From positions 73,844,001-73,908,000 of the forward strand of contig NW_024704743.1 of the NCBI RefSeq assembly GCF_018977255.1: a stretch of 64,000 nt of DNA, given 5' to 3'. A program made the position numbers and the translations under genes. A model generated the notes under the pieces. The model did no database searches. It was not told the origin of the DNA and saw only the letters and a list, made by a program, of their open reading frames with translations. This stretch comes from Callorhinchus milii. Its lineage: Eukaryota. Below, one piece after another: positions 48,553 to 59,836 of this stretch. Position 1 is the stretch's first letter. Each line of letters opens with the position of its first letter.

Positions 48553-51500
48553 AACCCTTTTGCAACGAATCCCAACATGGCATTAGCCTTCCTAGTTGCT
48601 TGCTGTAGCTGCATACTAACTTTTGTGACTGGTGTACAAGGACACCCAAATCCCTCTGAACACTAATACTACCTAATACTCTGCCCCTCTAGAAAATAAT
48701 CCGCTTTTCTATTTTTACTACCTAGGTGAATAACTTCACACTTCCCCACGTTATACTCCATCTGCCACCTTCTTGCCCACTCACCTAGCTTGTCCATGTC
48801 CCTTTGCATTCTTCGTGTGTCATTCTCACAGCTTACTCTCCCACCTATCTTCGTATTGTCTGTGAATTTAGATATAAGTTCCATTTCCTCATCTAAATCA
48901 TTGATATAGACTGTAAATATTTGAGGCCCAAGCACTGATCCTTGTGGCACTCGACTAGTCACATCCTGCCATTCTGAGAAGGACCTGTTTATCCCTACTC
49001 TCTGTTCTCTTCCTGTTAGCCACTCTCCAATCCATGCTAATATATTGCCTTTAATTCCATGGGCTCTAATCTTATGCAACAACCCTTTATGTGGCACCTT
49101 GTTGAATGCCTTCTGGAAATCCAAATACACCACATCTACTGGGTGCTCCCTATCTAACCTGCTAGTTACTTCCTCAAAAAAATCTATAAGATTTGTTAAA
49201 CATGATTTCCCTTTCGTAAAGCCATGTTGACTCTGCCTAATCATGTTAGGATTTTCTAAGTAACCCACGACGAGGCCCCTAATTAAGAACTCTAGAATTT
49301 TTCCTACCACCAATGTCAGACTAACTGATCTATATTTCCCCATTTTTTGTCTCCCATCCTTCTTAAATATTGGCGTTATGTTTGCGACCTTTCAATCGCT
49401 GGGAATCATTCCAGAATCCAGGAAATTTTGGAAGATCAAAAACAAAACATCCACTATCTCTGCAGTCACCTCTTTTAAAACCCCAGGATGCAGTCCATCA
49501 GGTCCAGGGGATTTATCGGTTTTTAATCCTATCAATTTCTCTCGTACTATTACTTTACTGATGTTCATTTATTTAAGTTCCTCACTAACATTAGCCTCCA
49601 TGTTCCCCTCTATTTTTGGTAAGTTTTCAGTGTCTCTAACGTGAAGACAGAAGCAAAATAATTGTTTAATGACTCTGCCATTTCTTTATTCCCCATTATA
49701 ATTTCTCCTGTCTCTGCCTCAATGGACCTACATTCACTTTGATAGTCTCTTCCTCTTTATGTACTTGTAAATACTCTTACAATCTGTCTTTACGTTCCTA
49801 GATAGTTTACTCTCATATTCCATTTTCTCCCTCTTAATCGGTTTCTTGGTTTTCCTTTGCTGATTTCTAAAGTCCTCCCAATCCTCAGGTTTACTGCTCT
49901 TTTTGGCAGTATTATAGGCCTCTTCTTTGAATTTTATACTTTCCCTAACCTCTCAAGTTAGTCAAGGTTGAACCACTTTTCCCGTGGTATTTTTATTTCT
50001 CAAGGGAATATGTGAGCGCTGGGAATTATGTATTATATCTTTAAACGTTTGCCATTGCTGGTCTACCGTCATTTTTTAATCTAATTCCCCAGTCTATTTC
50101 AGCCAATTCTTCTCTCATACCTGCAAAGTTGGCTTTATTCAGATTTAAAACCCTTGCTTCGGATTCAACTATATCACTCTCTAACTTAACATTAAATTCC
50201 ATCATGTTATTGTCACTCTGCCCTAGAGGAGCCTAAACTTCCAGATTGCTGATTAGCCCTATTTCATTACACAAAACAAGATCTAGGATTGCCTGTTCCC
50301 TGGTTGGTTCCTCAGCATACTGTTCTAGAAAACTACCTCTAATGCATTCTATAAACTCATCCTCTAATTTATCTTTGCCAATTTGGTTTTCCAAGTCTAT
50401 ATGAAGATTTAAATCACTCACTATTAGTGTATTCCCCTTGCTACATGCTCCTCTAATTTCCTGATTAATACCCTGCGCAATACTGTAACTGCTGTTTGGG
50501 GGTCTATAAACTACTCCCACTAGTGTTTTCTGTCCCTTGTTGTTTCTTACGTCCACCCGTACTGACTCTACATCCTGATTTTCTGATTTAAAATCCTTCC
50601 TCTACTGCTTTTATCTCATCCTTCATTAGCAGGGCGACGCCCCCACCTCGTTTTCCACATTGCCTTTCTTTCCTATACGTCGAATACCCCAGAATATTTA
50701 GATCCCATCTTTGGTCTCGCTGTAACCACATCTCAGTAATAGCCACTAGATCATACCCATTTATGCCTATTTGTGCACTTAATTTGTTTATCTTGTTACG
50801 AATGTTTCATGCATTCAGATATAGCGCCTTTAATTTTGACCTCTTACTATTCCCCCACTTGTTAATGCCCTATTTCCTTTGTTGAGCTTTTTGTCCCTAC
50901 TTGACACACTTTATCTCCCAAGTTGCTACTCTGCTCTACAGCCATGACTGTTCCTTGCAATGCCGGGTTATGATTAACTGTAGCTGTAACTCTCCCTCAC
51001 ACCTCTTTTAATAGTTTAAAGCTCTACCTATCTCCCTATTTAATCATTTTGCCAGGACATTGGTCCCAGCCAGGTTGAGGTGGAGCTCATCTCGATGGAA
51101 CAGCCTCCCTTTTCCCCGAATGCTGGTGCCAGTGGCCCATAGAACGAAACTCCTGCCTCCCGCACCATTCCTTCAGCCACGTATTTAACTCTTTAATTTG
51201 TTTATCCCTGTACCAATTTGCACATGGCTCAGGTAGTAATCCGGAGATTATCACCTTGGAAGTTCTTCCTTTTAATTTAATTCTCGGTTCATTGAACTCA
51301 CTCCTCAGGTCGTCACTATTAGTCCTATCTATATTGTTGGTTCCTATATGGATCACCACAATTGGATCATCTCTTTCCTGCTTCAAATTCTTCTCCAGCC
51401 CTGAAGAGACGTCCTTAACCCTGGCGCCAGGAAGGCAACAGAGCCTTCGTGACTCCTGGTTGCGGCTGCAGAGAAGAGTGTCTGTTCGCCTGACTGTCTC

Positions 51501-52090
51501 ATCCCCTACCACGACTACATTCAGTTTTGCTTCCCCCCCACTTGTGTGGTCTCCTGTAAAGAGATGCTGGGCTCAGTTTGCCCATCCTCCTCCTTACCAA
51601 CTTCCTTGTCCACACAGGTTGCAAGTACCTCGTACCTGTTGGACAAGGTTAAGGCCTGAGGCTTCTCCACCACTCTCTCTGGGGTCCCCTTACCTGCCTG
51701 ACTGTCAGTCACATTGTCCTGTCCCTGACTAGTATCAGGATCTATACATTTACTGAGCCTCAGGGGAGTGATTGTCTCCTGGATGAAACTATCCAGGAAG
51801 CTCTCACCTTCCCTAATGCTGCGCAAAGTCTGCACCTCGGATTCCAGCTCAGCTACTCGAAGCTGGAGCTTCCTCGGTTGCAGACACTTGCTGCAGATGT
51901 AGTTACCCAGGGTCAGACTGCCCTCCATCAACTCCCATGTACTGCAGTCATCGCACAACACCTGCCATACCATTCTCTCCTCTCTCTCTCACTCTGGATT
52001 ATGGTTTATCTTTTAGGTTTTTTTCTGGTTCTGTCTTTTGAGTGTGACGTCATGTTGATGTCACTTGTCATTTTTCTACAGCCATAGCCT
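48553..52090 (-). mobile_element. CR1 LINE retaining 5' UTR, ORF1 (Cys-rich finger, coiled coil, SGNH esterase) and most of ORF2; inactivated
   Basis: ORF1 CDDC...ICSKC...LQLRVAELESEVQTLRSIRE and VGDETVR...CCLPGARVKDV...VIHIGTNN...IISGLLP; ORF2 [45 protein letters not shown]; stops and frameshifts. Confidence 0.95.
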
Positions 52091-52300
52091 GTATGATTAT
52101 TTGGTTTTATTATTTGTTTTAAGGTTATGCAAAATTGTAGAAATTGTGGGGGAAAAAAAGTTTTCTCCCGTTCTAAAAAGAACTGTTCTACAAATTAAGA
52201 CTGAATTTAAGAATTTTCCATTATTCTTTGCAAACTTAAATTTTAGGACAATATGATCTTACAGGCTAACATAAGCTGGAATTTCAATCGTATCCATACA

Positions 52301-52670
52301 TGTGGAGCCCTGTAGCTCAGTGGTTAGCGCACTCACCTCGCAAGCGAGAGATCTAGGTTCAATTCCCGGCAGGGCAAAATGTTGGGCAAGCTTCCTTACT
52401 CCGCATGCCTCTATTTATCTAGCAAGAATTAGGAACATGGTTGTTAGTCGATTGTTGGATCTCTTTTCCACGGGTAATAATTCTTTTAAAAAAAACAATA
52501 AAATGGTCACTTCAATCCACGACTGTTTGTGGGACGCTGCTGTATGCAATTGACCACTGCGTTTCGCCCACAAATATACAGTCAATTCACTTTACATTAT
52601 ATTCTGTGAAGCACTTTAAGATGTTTCTCAGATGTGATAAGGAGCTATATCAAATGCAAGGATTATTATT
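52301..52670 (+). mobile_element. tRNA-Ala-derived SINE (long form)
   Basis: gccctgtagctcagtggttagcgcactcacctcgcaagcgagagatctaggttcaattcccggcagggc head; full body; (TTA)n tail. Confidence 0.9.
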
Positions 52671-52699
52671 ATGTGCATTTTTTCGTAACTGTGATGAGA

Positions 52700-53170
52700 G
52701 ACTGGGTAGGCTGGGGTATATTTCTTAAACAGCGGAGGTTAAGGAATGATTTGAATGAGATATTTAAAATAATGAGAGGAATTGAAAAGTTAAATAGTGG
52801 ACAACTCTTCCCTCTAGTAAAGGAACCATTACAAGGAGGCAGATATTAGAAGTTAGAACTGAACTAAAATTAGAGCTAATAAGTTAGAACTGAGGTCAGG
52901 AAGCATTTCTTCACACAAACTGGTGTGCAGATGTGGAAGGCTCTGCCCCAGAAAGTTATAAAGATGGGATCGATAAGAATATTTAAAAGAGAGTTAGGCA
53001 GATACTTGAACAATAGAGGTTTTAAGTAATTTGACAAAATGTGAGAAACTTGGATTAAGAAATTTGCTACATCTTATAGGCTGATAGATCTAACAAGATC
53101 TAAGATGTGAAAAAACAGTCGAACTGACTTGATGGGCTGAATGGTGTTTTCCTGTTTTCTTGCAGTCTTA
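52700..53170 (+). mobile_element. CR1 3' fragment
   Basis: LKQRRLRNDLNEIFKIMRGIEK...LFPLV; 3' stem gatgggctgaatgg. Confidence 0.82.
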
Positions 53171-53813
53171 GCAGGGGCACTGGTTAATAATCTTGAGCAT
53201 GAACGCTGGATGATTTTTCCCCCACTCAGTTGCCCAAAATGTAGTGCCCCTGTTTTTGGTCCCAGTTCAGCTCAACCAGCTTACACGGTCTGGTTCTGTT
53301 CCATGCTGGGTAATGCCTCGACCAACTGAGCCAAAATCACTCCAATTGGCAGTCTCAATGTCTTCATGCGCATAGGATCATTGTCAATGCTGAGTGGATT
53401 TCAGATGGTCTGTGGATAATTAAGAAGTCAAAGAGGCCCCTGAAATTTAGTTCCTGGAATTTACGATTTGTGAGTTTGCAAAGATTTGTCAGTGCCACTT
53501 GTACACCAATTTGTGATGCTGTGCCTTTAAATAATTGTTAAAATCCTGCAAAATGATTGTTAAGATCTTAGTTGAATTCTGTGCACGTGTTTACACAGTG
53601 CCCCACTTCCTCTCCCCCTAAGCAGATCTGGGTTATACTGCACGTGGGATAGACTCCAAAATAATGATGAGGAACAGGCACAATTTATTTATTTACGTAA
53701 AATGAGTTATTGTTTGCCTGAATACTCTATAGCACTCAAACTACATAATGTACTGCATGCTTCTAATCCTACCCTAATACACATTAACCCTATGTTTAGA
53801 CTCTGGTTTTAAG

Positions 53814-54168
53814 TAATAATAATAATCTCTGTATTTATAGCGCCTTATCGCATCATTGAGATGTCTCAAATGCTTCACAGAATGTATTGTAAATTGAATT
53901 GACTAAATTTTGTGGGCGAAACACAGCAGCCAATTGCACACAGCAGTGTCCCACAAACTGTCGTGGATTGAGTCTTCTTTTTGAGAGATTATACACCTGA
54001 AAATCTATCCGCCAATCAACTAACAGCCGGTTCCTACTTACTGCTAGAAAACAGAGCCGTGTGGAGTAAGGAAACTAATGTCTAAGTATTTGCCTGCCTG
54101 GGGATAGAACCTGGGTCCTCTTGTTTGCAAGGCGAGTCGAGTGCTCTAACCACTAAGCTACAGGACTC
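53814..54168 (-). mobile_element. tRNA-Ala-derived SINE (long form)
   Basis: Reverse complement of the 52301 family from head gagtcctgtagcttagtggttagagc to (TTA)n tail. Confidence 0.9.
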
Positions 54169-57100
54169 ATTCAAAGCACCATTGCTACTTTTAGACAATT
54201 CGTAGCAGAGTGAAGGACGGCTATTTAATTATTCAATTATAAAGCAAGCATTATCTTTTCGGTTCAAGGTTTCCTGTACAAATGCTTCTCTGTAAATTCT
54301 CCTTCTCTCCTCCTCCTCCAGATGCTGGTGAACAATACTTTTAATGACACAAAAGCTAAATCTAATGGATAGAGGGAGGGAGACACTTGTCTTGTTTCCC
54401 CTGCTGTTTGACATAGTTACTTTAAGAAATAAGGTTAAAAAGACTAAGGCTAGATTCATTCACCTTATTAGAACCTAATAGTTTTATATTCCTACCTCTA
54501 TGTTAATGGAGTGCGGTAAACTCATGCAATGAATATGAGGCAACAAATTGTGCATTTTGTTTGTATTACAGGTGTTTTTAATATATAATCATTGGCATTG
54601 CTTTTCAAGGAATTGGATTAGTGCAATGGACCTCTCATTGGAGTCTGGATTTGAGAGATCTTGAGAGAACCCAGTATTCAGGATCTGCACAATTCTTATA
54701 TGATGGAGAGGTTTATGCTTCATTTCAATTCAACTCTTTCTAGTCTACTTTCAAATCCACCAAAGTACCAGGAAAAGAGAGAACCAGTTCAGGGTTATGA
54801 AGGGCAATATTACAACATAACTTGCATTTATATAATCCCCTTTATGCAAATAGCATCTCGGAGCACTTCATATTAAATTATTAGGATTGTAGTTTTTAGG
54901 ATTATAGTAAGGTCACAAGATTGGTTTGGATGAAGAAGTTCCTTCAACCCATTTGATCTCATTCTTCCAGAGCACCCACCTTACCAAACTCCCATCACAG
55001 TATCATGCTGTTTCTTAAATGAATTTGATTAAATTTGATATGGCGCTTTTCAAGTCTTGTAGACATCTCAAAGTGCTTCACAGAATAGACTGTAAAGTGA
55101 ATTGACCGTATATTTGTGGGCGAAACGCGGCAGCCAATTGCGCACAGCACTGTCCCACACAGTCGTGATTGAAAATAACCAATTTATTATTTATGATTCC
55201 ACAGTCCATCTGTCTCCCAGATCCCCCCCCCCCCACCCGCGTATGGTACATTGAGTCTGTGAATCCCTAAGGGTGCCCAGGAGGGGTCCCAGTACAAACC
55301 CCACTCTTACGCTGAGGATAATTAACAGCTGGAATGGGTTACCAGGAAGACTGGTGGAAGAATAGACACAACCTATTACACATTGATTCTGTAATGGGAA
55401 ATAATGGGTATTCTGAAAGGATGAAATCTAGTGAAAAATTGTCTTCATCCACAAATGTCTTGTGATCTTTTATATCTTATTGGAGGCAAAGCCCCCGACA
55501 GGGGAGATTTTGAGTGGAAGTACAGGTAGTTAGTACATTTTTGGAATCATATTCTTTCAATAATCATTTCATAAACAACTGCTTCATTTTAGGTTCACTT
55601 ACAAGATATCAGTGACCTCTTCCAGGTGCTTGTGAAATGTTTGCTTGTTTTCTATCAGAGAGAAGTTGGAACTTGGGACGAAAATCAGGTTTCTGGCAAA
55701 ATTGTCCACTTGTTTATTTGGTTGGAAATTATTTTCAAGGCAGTCTCACAATCTGCCAGTTTAGTTAATTACTAAGGATGGATTCAATTTATTCCTGACT
55801 AAAACCCGTGCTGAAACCCTGAGCTGGGGTTCAGAATCACTAATTGTTAAGCTTTCAGAAACTGCAGAGCTTCCAAGGTAGAAATTCCACCTGGGTCGAG
55901 ATGCACTCTATTAACTAGCATTTCACAGTGTGCAGAATTTGGCGAATTGTTGAATTCAGTTTTACATTTGAGCCCCAATTTCTGCAGTTCTTAAACAAAA
56001 CCTACAGAAAACCAAAATTCTAAATTAAAGACTGTATTTATGAACTTGACAAATTCTGGATGCTTTGAAATCCTATGATAATAGAGTAAATCTAGATAGT
56101 TACTATACTACACAGGAAAATCTTGTGAAGGAATTTGAGACACCTCAACGACTATATCAAATCAAAGATTATTATTATGTTACAGGGATGCACCTGATAC
56201 ACCTAGATGTCAGACTACTTTGCTGAATATCGTTTTTCTCAGTTCTGATACTATTATTTAGGTAGTTGTGAATGGGAGTGAAACTTGTTTAAACGGGCAT
56301 CACACCAACATGATGGGCATGACATCTTCATGGCATCTACATTACTTTCCATTTTGTAGACCAAACAAATCAACTTGGGGGCTAAAGGACTCAAAAGTAC
56401 CCAGGAATATTCAGTGCTGGGGGATGTGGCCTCTTTCCAATGCAGGTTACTGGGGGGGATCTGCTTTTGCCAGTTAACCCATGCCAAAAAAGCAGCATAA
56501 AAGTCTCTCATGGTGGGCTCAAACTGGTTTGCAATATATTTCTGTTTGGAATTGTTGTAGAGACATTACTCCCTTAAATATAAGTATGGTTCAACAATGG
56601 AGGAGAAAGCAAGTCCAAAAATGTGGTCAGCTGGGTGTCTGGCACACGTGGAAATCCATCACCCTGCTTACGAATATCCAAATTAAACTACTGAGAGTTC
56701 CATACACATGGATTTATTGATTTTTCCGTTATGGAGTGAACATTCTCTCCCTGAGGGATGCACCTGCTCACCTGATTCTGAGGGTTTAGGCACAGGTTAA
56801 TGAGCCAAGGCTTGGGGACCCCAGAGTGTAGTTTGGAGTAATGCTGGAATTTTACCAGATAAAACCACACAGCAGTGGCTTCGGGCTGCTTCATAGTTTT
56901 TACTTCAAACTTTATAAATGTATTTTTCCAAAGAACGAACAGTGGTCAAGGTAGCTATTTCACGATTTGCAAATGTGATGGGAATGCCCAGCAGTGCACA
57001 CATCGGGATGAAAACATCCTCTAAGTCTTACTACAGTCAAGGTCCTTGCTAGTGTTTCAAAAGGAAAAGTTGAAGGACTTTTTATTTGCCATTGTTCGTA

Positions 57101-58629
57101 GATTTGGGTCTGGGGTTCTTCATGCCAAATTTGATTGTTGAAGATAATATCCTTTAACTGCCTGTTTAATACAATCAAACTGTTTTGAGTCACCCCTTTC
57201 AGACATGCATATTATTTAAGTACTACATTTGTGTCACCTCAATCTTCCTTGAGGCTCTGGGTTTTTATTGCTTCTCGTGCAAAATATAATTGCCCTTCTG
57301 GCCATCAGCTATTTGCCAGCACATCTGGTTTCTTTTTGAATCCTGGTTTCTGCATTGTTGAGACAATGTCAGCACAATTTTTAGGCTCATTCATTTCTGT
57401 CTCACTGTGATGCTTGAGTTTGATTACTGGGATTGGCAGGAATTTGTGTCTCGTTGTAGTGGCAGGTTCAGGATGAGATTGTTCAAAGATTCCACGATGG
57501 TTCCTGTTAGTGGGATGTGGAGGAGAATGTGGTCTGTGGAAGGAAGCAAGTCAGTGCTGAATACAGAAAATGTAGAGATGGATAAACATTCTGGGGTTTG
57601 TTCTTCATAACCGTGAATCTGATTGGATTAGTTTATGGAAAAGTTTTCTCACCTGAAAATCTATTATGAGATACAAATGGAGTCAAAATTGAAATGCAAT
57701 GAGGGATTTGCAGACCAGGGATGAATTAGCTTGGGTCCCTGAAGAGCATTGTGCGAGAGAACAGGGAGATCAATCAGGGAATATTTGTGTAGATTTTTTT
57801 CCTCAAATAGATTATATTTGCCGTGTCATGCTGGCTCTCAGTTGATAAAACTCTCTCTTCTGGCTCAGAGGGTCAGAAGATTGTGGTTTCAAGCCCCAAA
57901 TTTGAATTGGGAGGTAAGTTTGAATTAAGAAGAGAATGTAAACTTGGATAACGACAAAAACTTTGATAATTTTTTTCCTGGATAACCAGGAGAAAGATTT
58001 CCAGCTTGTTTGAAATACCATTGGCAGGACAGTCCCTTTACCAGAATCACAAACAGTCTGGAGCATTGTTAGAAATTGGATAATCTAATAAAGAATAGAG
58101 TTGCATAGAAATGTGGAATGTTGTTTTGTAGGCAAATCTGGCAACTGTGAAGAACAAACAATTGAAACAACTGCACATCTGTCAACAACTGTGCATTGCT
58201 ACATTTCCATCTGACTCTTAACGAATGCGACTTGATTTGTAGCTGGAATGGAAGCAGGAGATCAGTAGGAAAGTGGAAACTGGTTGGTTCATTATGACAA
58301 ATGCAGAAGAGGCTTGGTGTCCATTAAAGTACATTAGAAACTAATCTTTTGAGAAAAAATTGTTCTGTGGCTCTATTGTAGGATTTCTGGTCTCAATTTA
58401 TGCCTTTAATGCCATGCAGTTTTGATATCAAGATGTGGAATCTCAGCCTGTACCATGTGATCCACTAAGAACACAAAAAGTACCAATGCATTTAGGAGGA
58501 AACTCGATGTGTATATGAGAGTGAGGGACATAGTCAGGGAGAGAGGATTAGGATGTTGGAGCTAATGTGGCATATAAACAGCGGCACAGAATAGTTGGGC
58601 CAAATGGCCTGTTACGATGCTATAGATTC

Positions 58630-59836
58630 TATAACATAACATGTAGGAGCAGGAGTAGGCCATTCGGCCCTTCGAGCCTGCCCCGCCATTCAATCATGGC
58701 TGATCTTCTAATCTAACTCCAGCTGATAACCTAACCCTGCCTTGTCCCCATATCCCTTAATCCCTTTTGCAATAAGAAATCTTATCTATCTCAGTCTTGA
58801 ATATGTTCAAGGACTGAGCATCAACAGCCCTTTGGGGTAGTGAGTTCCATACATTCCCCACCCTTTGAGTGAAGAAGTTCTTCCTCAACTCAGTGCAAAA
58901 GGGCTGGTCTCTGATTTTAAGGTTGTGACCCCTGGTTTTAGTTTCTCCAACCAGGGGAAACAATCTCCCACTATCTACTCTATCATGCCCTTTGATGATC
59001 TTGTAGGTTTCTATAAGATCCCCTCTAATTCTTCTATAAGAGAATATAGGCCCAAATTGGTCAACCTATACTCCTAACTCATCCCCTTCATCCCTGGTAC
59101 TAACCTAGTAAATCTACGCTGCATCCCCTCCAAGGCAAGTACATCCTTCCTTAAATAAGGAGACCAAAACTGCACACAGTATTCCAGGTGTGGTCTCACC
59201 AGGGCCCTATACAGTTGCAGCAAGACTTCCCTACTCTTATACTCTAATCCTTTCATAATGAATGCTAACATACCGTTCGCCTTCCTAATTGCTGCTGCGC
59301 CTGCAGACTAACTTTCTGTGATTGGTGTACAAGGCACCCAAGTCCCTCTGGACACTAACACATTCCAATCTCTCCCCTTCTAAAAAATAACCCGCTGTAC
59401 TGTTTTTGCTACCTAGGTGGATGACTTTGCACTTCCCTACATTATACTTCATCTGCCACCTACCTGCCCAATCACCTAACCTATCTATGTTTCGCTGCAT
59501 TTTTTAATGCCATCCTCTGTGTTGACACTTCCTCCTAGTTTTGTGTCATCCACGAATTTAGATATATTAACTTCGATGTCCTCATCTAGATCGTTGATGT
59601 AGATGGTAAATAGCTGAGGCCCAAGGACTGATCCTTGTGGCACTCCACTAGTCACATCCCGCCAATCTGAAAAGGACCCGTTTATCCCTACTCTTTGTTT
59701 CCTACCCGTTAACCATTCCCTAATCCAAGTTAATATGCTCCCCCCAATTCCATGGGTCCTTATCTTTTGGACTAACCTTTTATGCGGCACCTTATCGAAT
59801 GCCTTCTGGAAGTCCAAATAGACCACATCCACTGAT
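58630..59836 (-). mobile_element. CR1 LINE 3' 1.2 kb (RT C-terminal half), 5'-truncated
   Basis: [58 protein letters not shown]; tail aacataacatgtaggagcaggagtaggcc. Confidence 0.94.

Noticed and set aside
52307..52375. Near-cloverleaf tRNA-Ala(CGC)-like sequence; similar heads at about 22002, 3163, 54100 and 1220
   Set aside because: Mismatches in D, anticodon and T stems, no adjacent Pol III terminator, and each runs straight into the SINE body. These are SINE heads, not tRNA genes.
56900..57800. Unassigned stretch in the largest intron as a possible nested gene
   Set aside because: Only short ORFs with no recognisable domain and no consistent splice chain; more likely old decayed repeat or unique intron.
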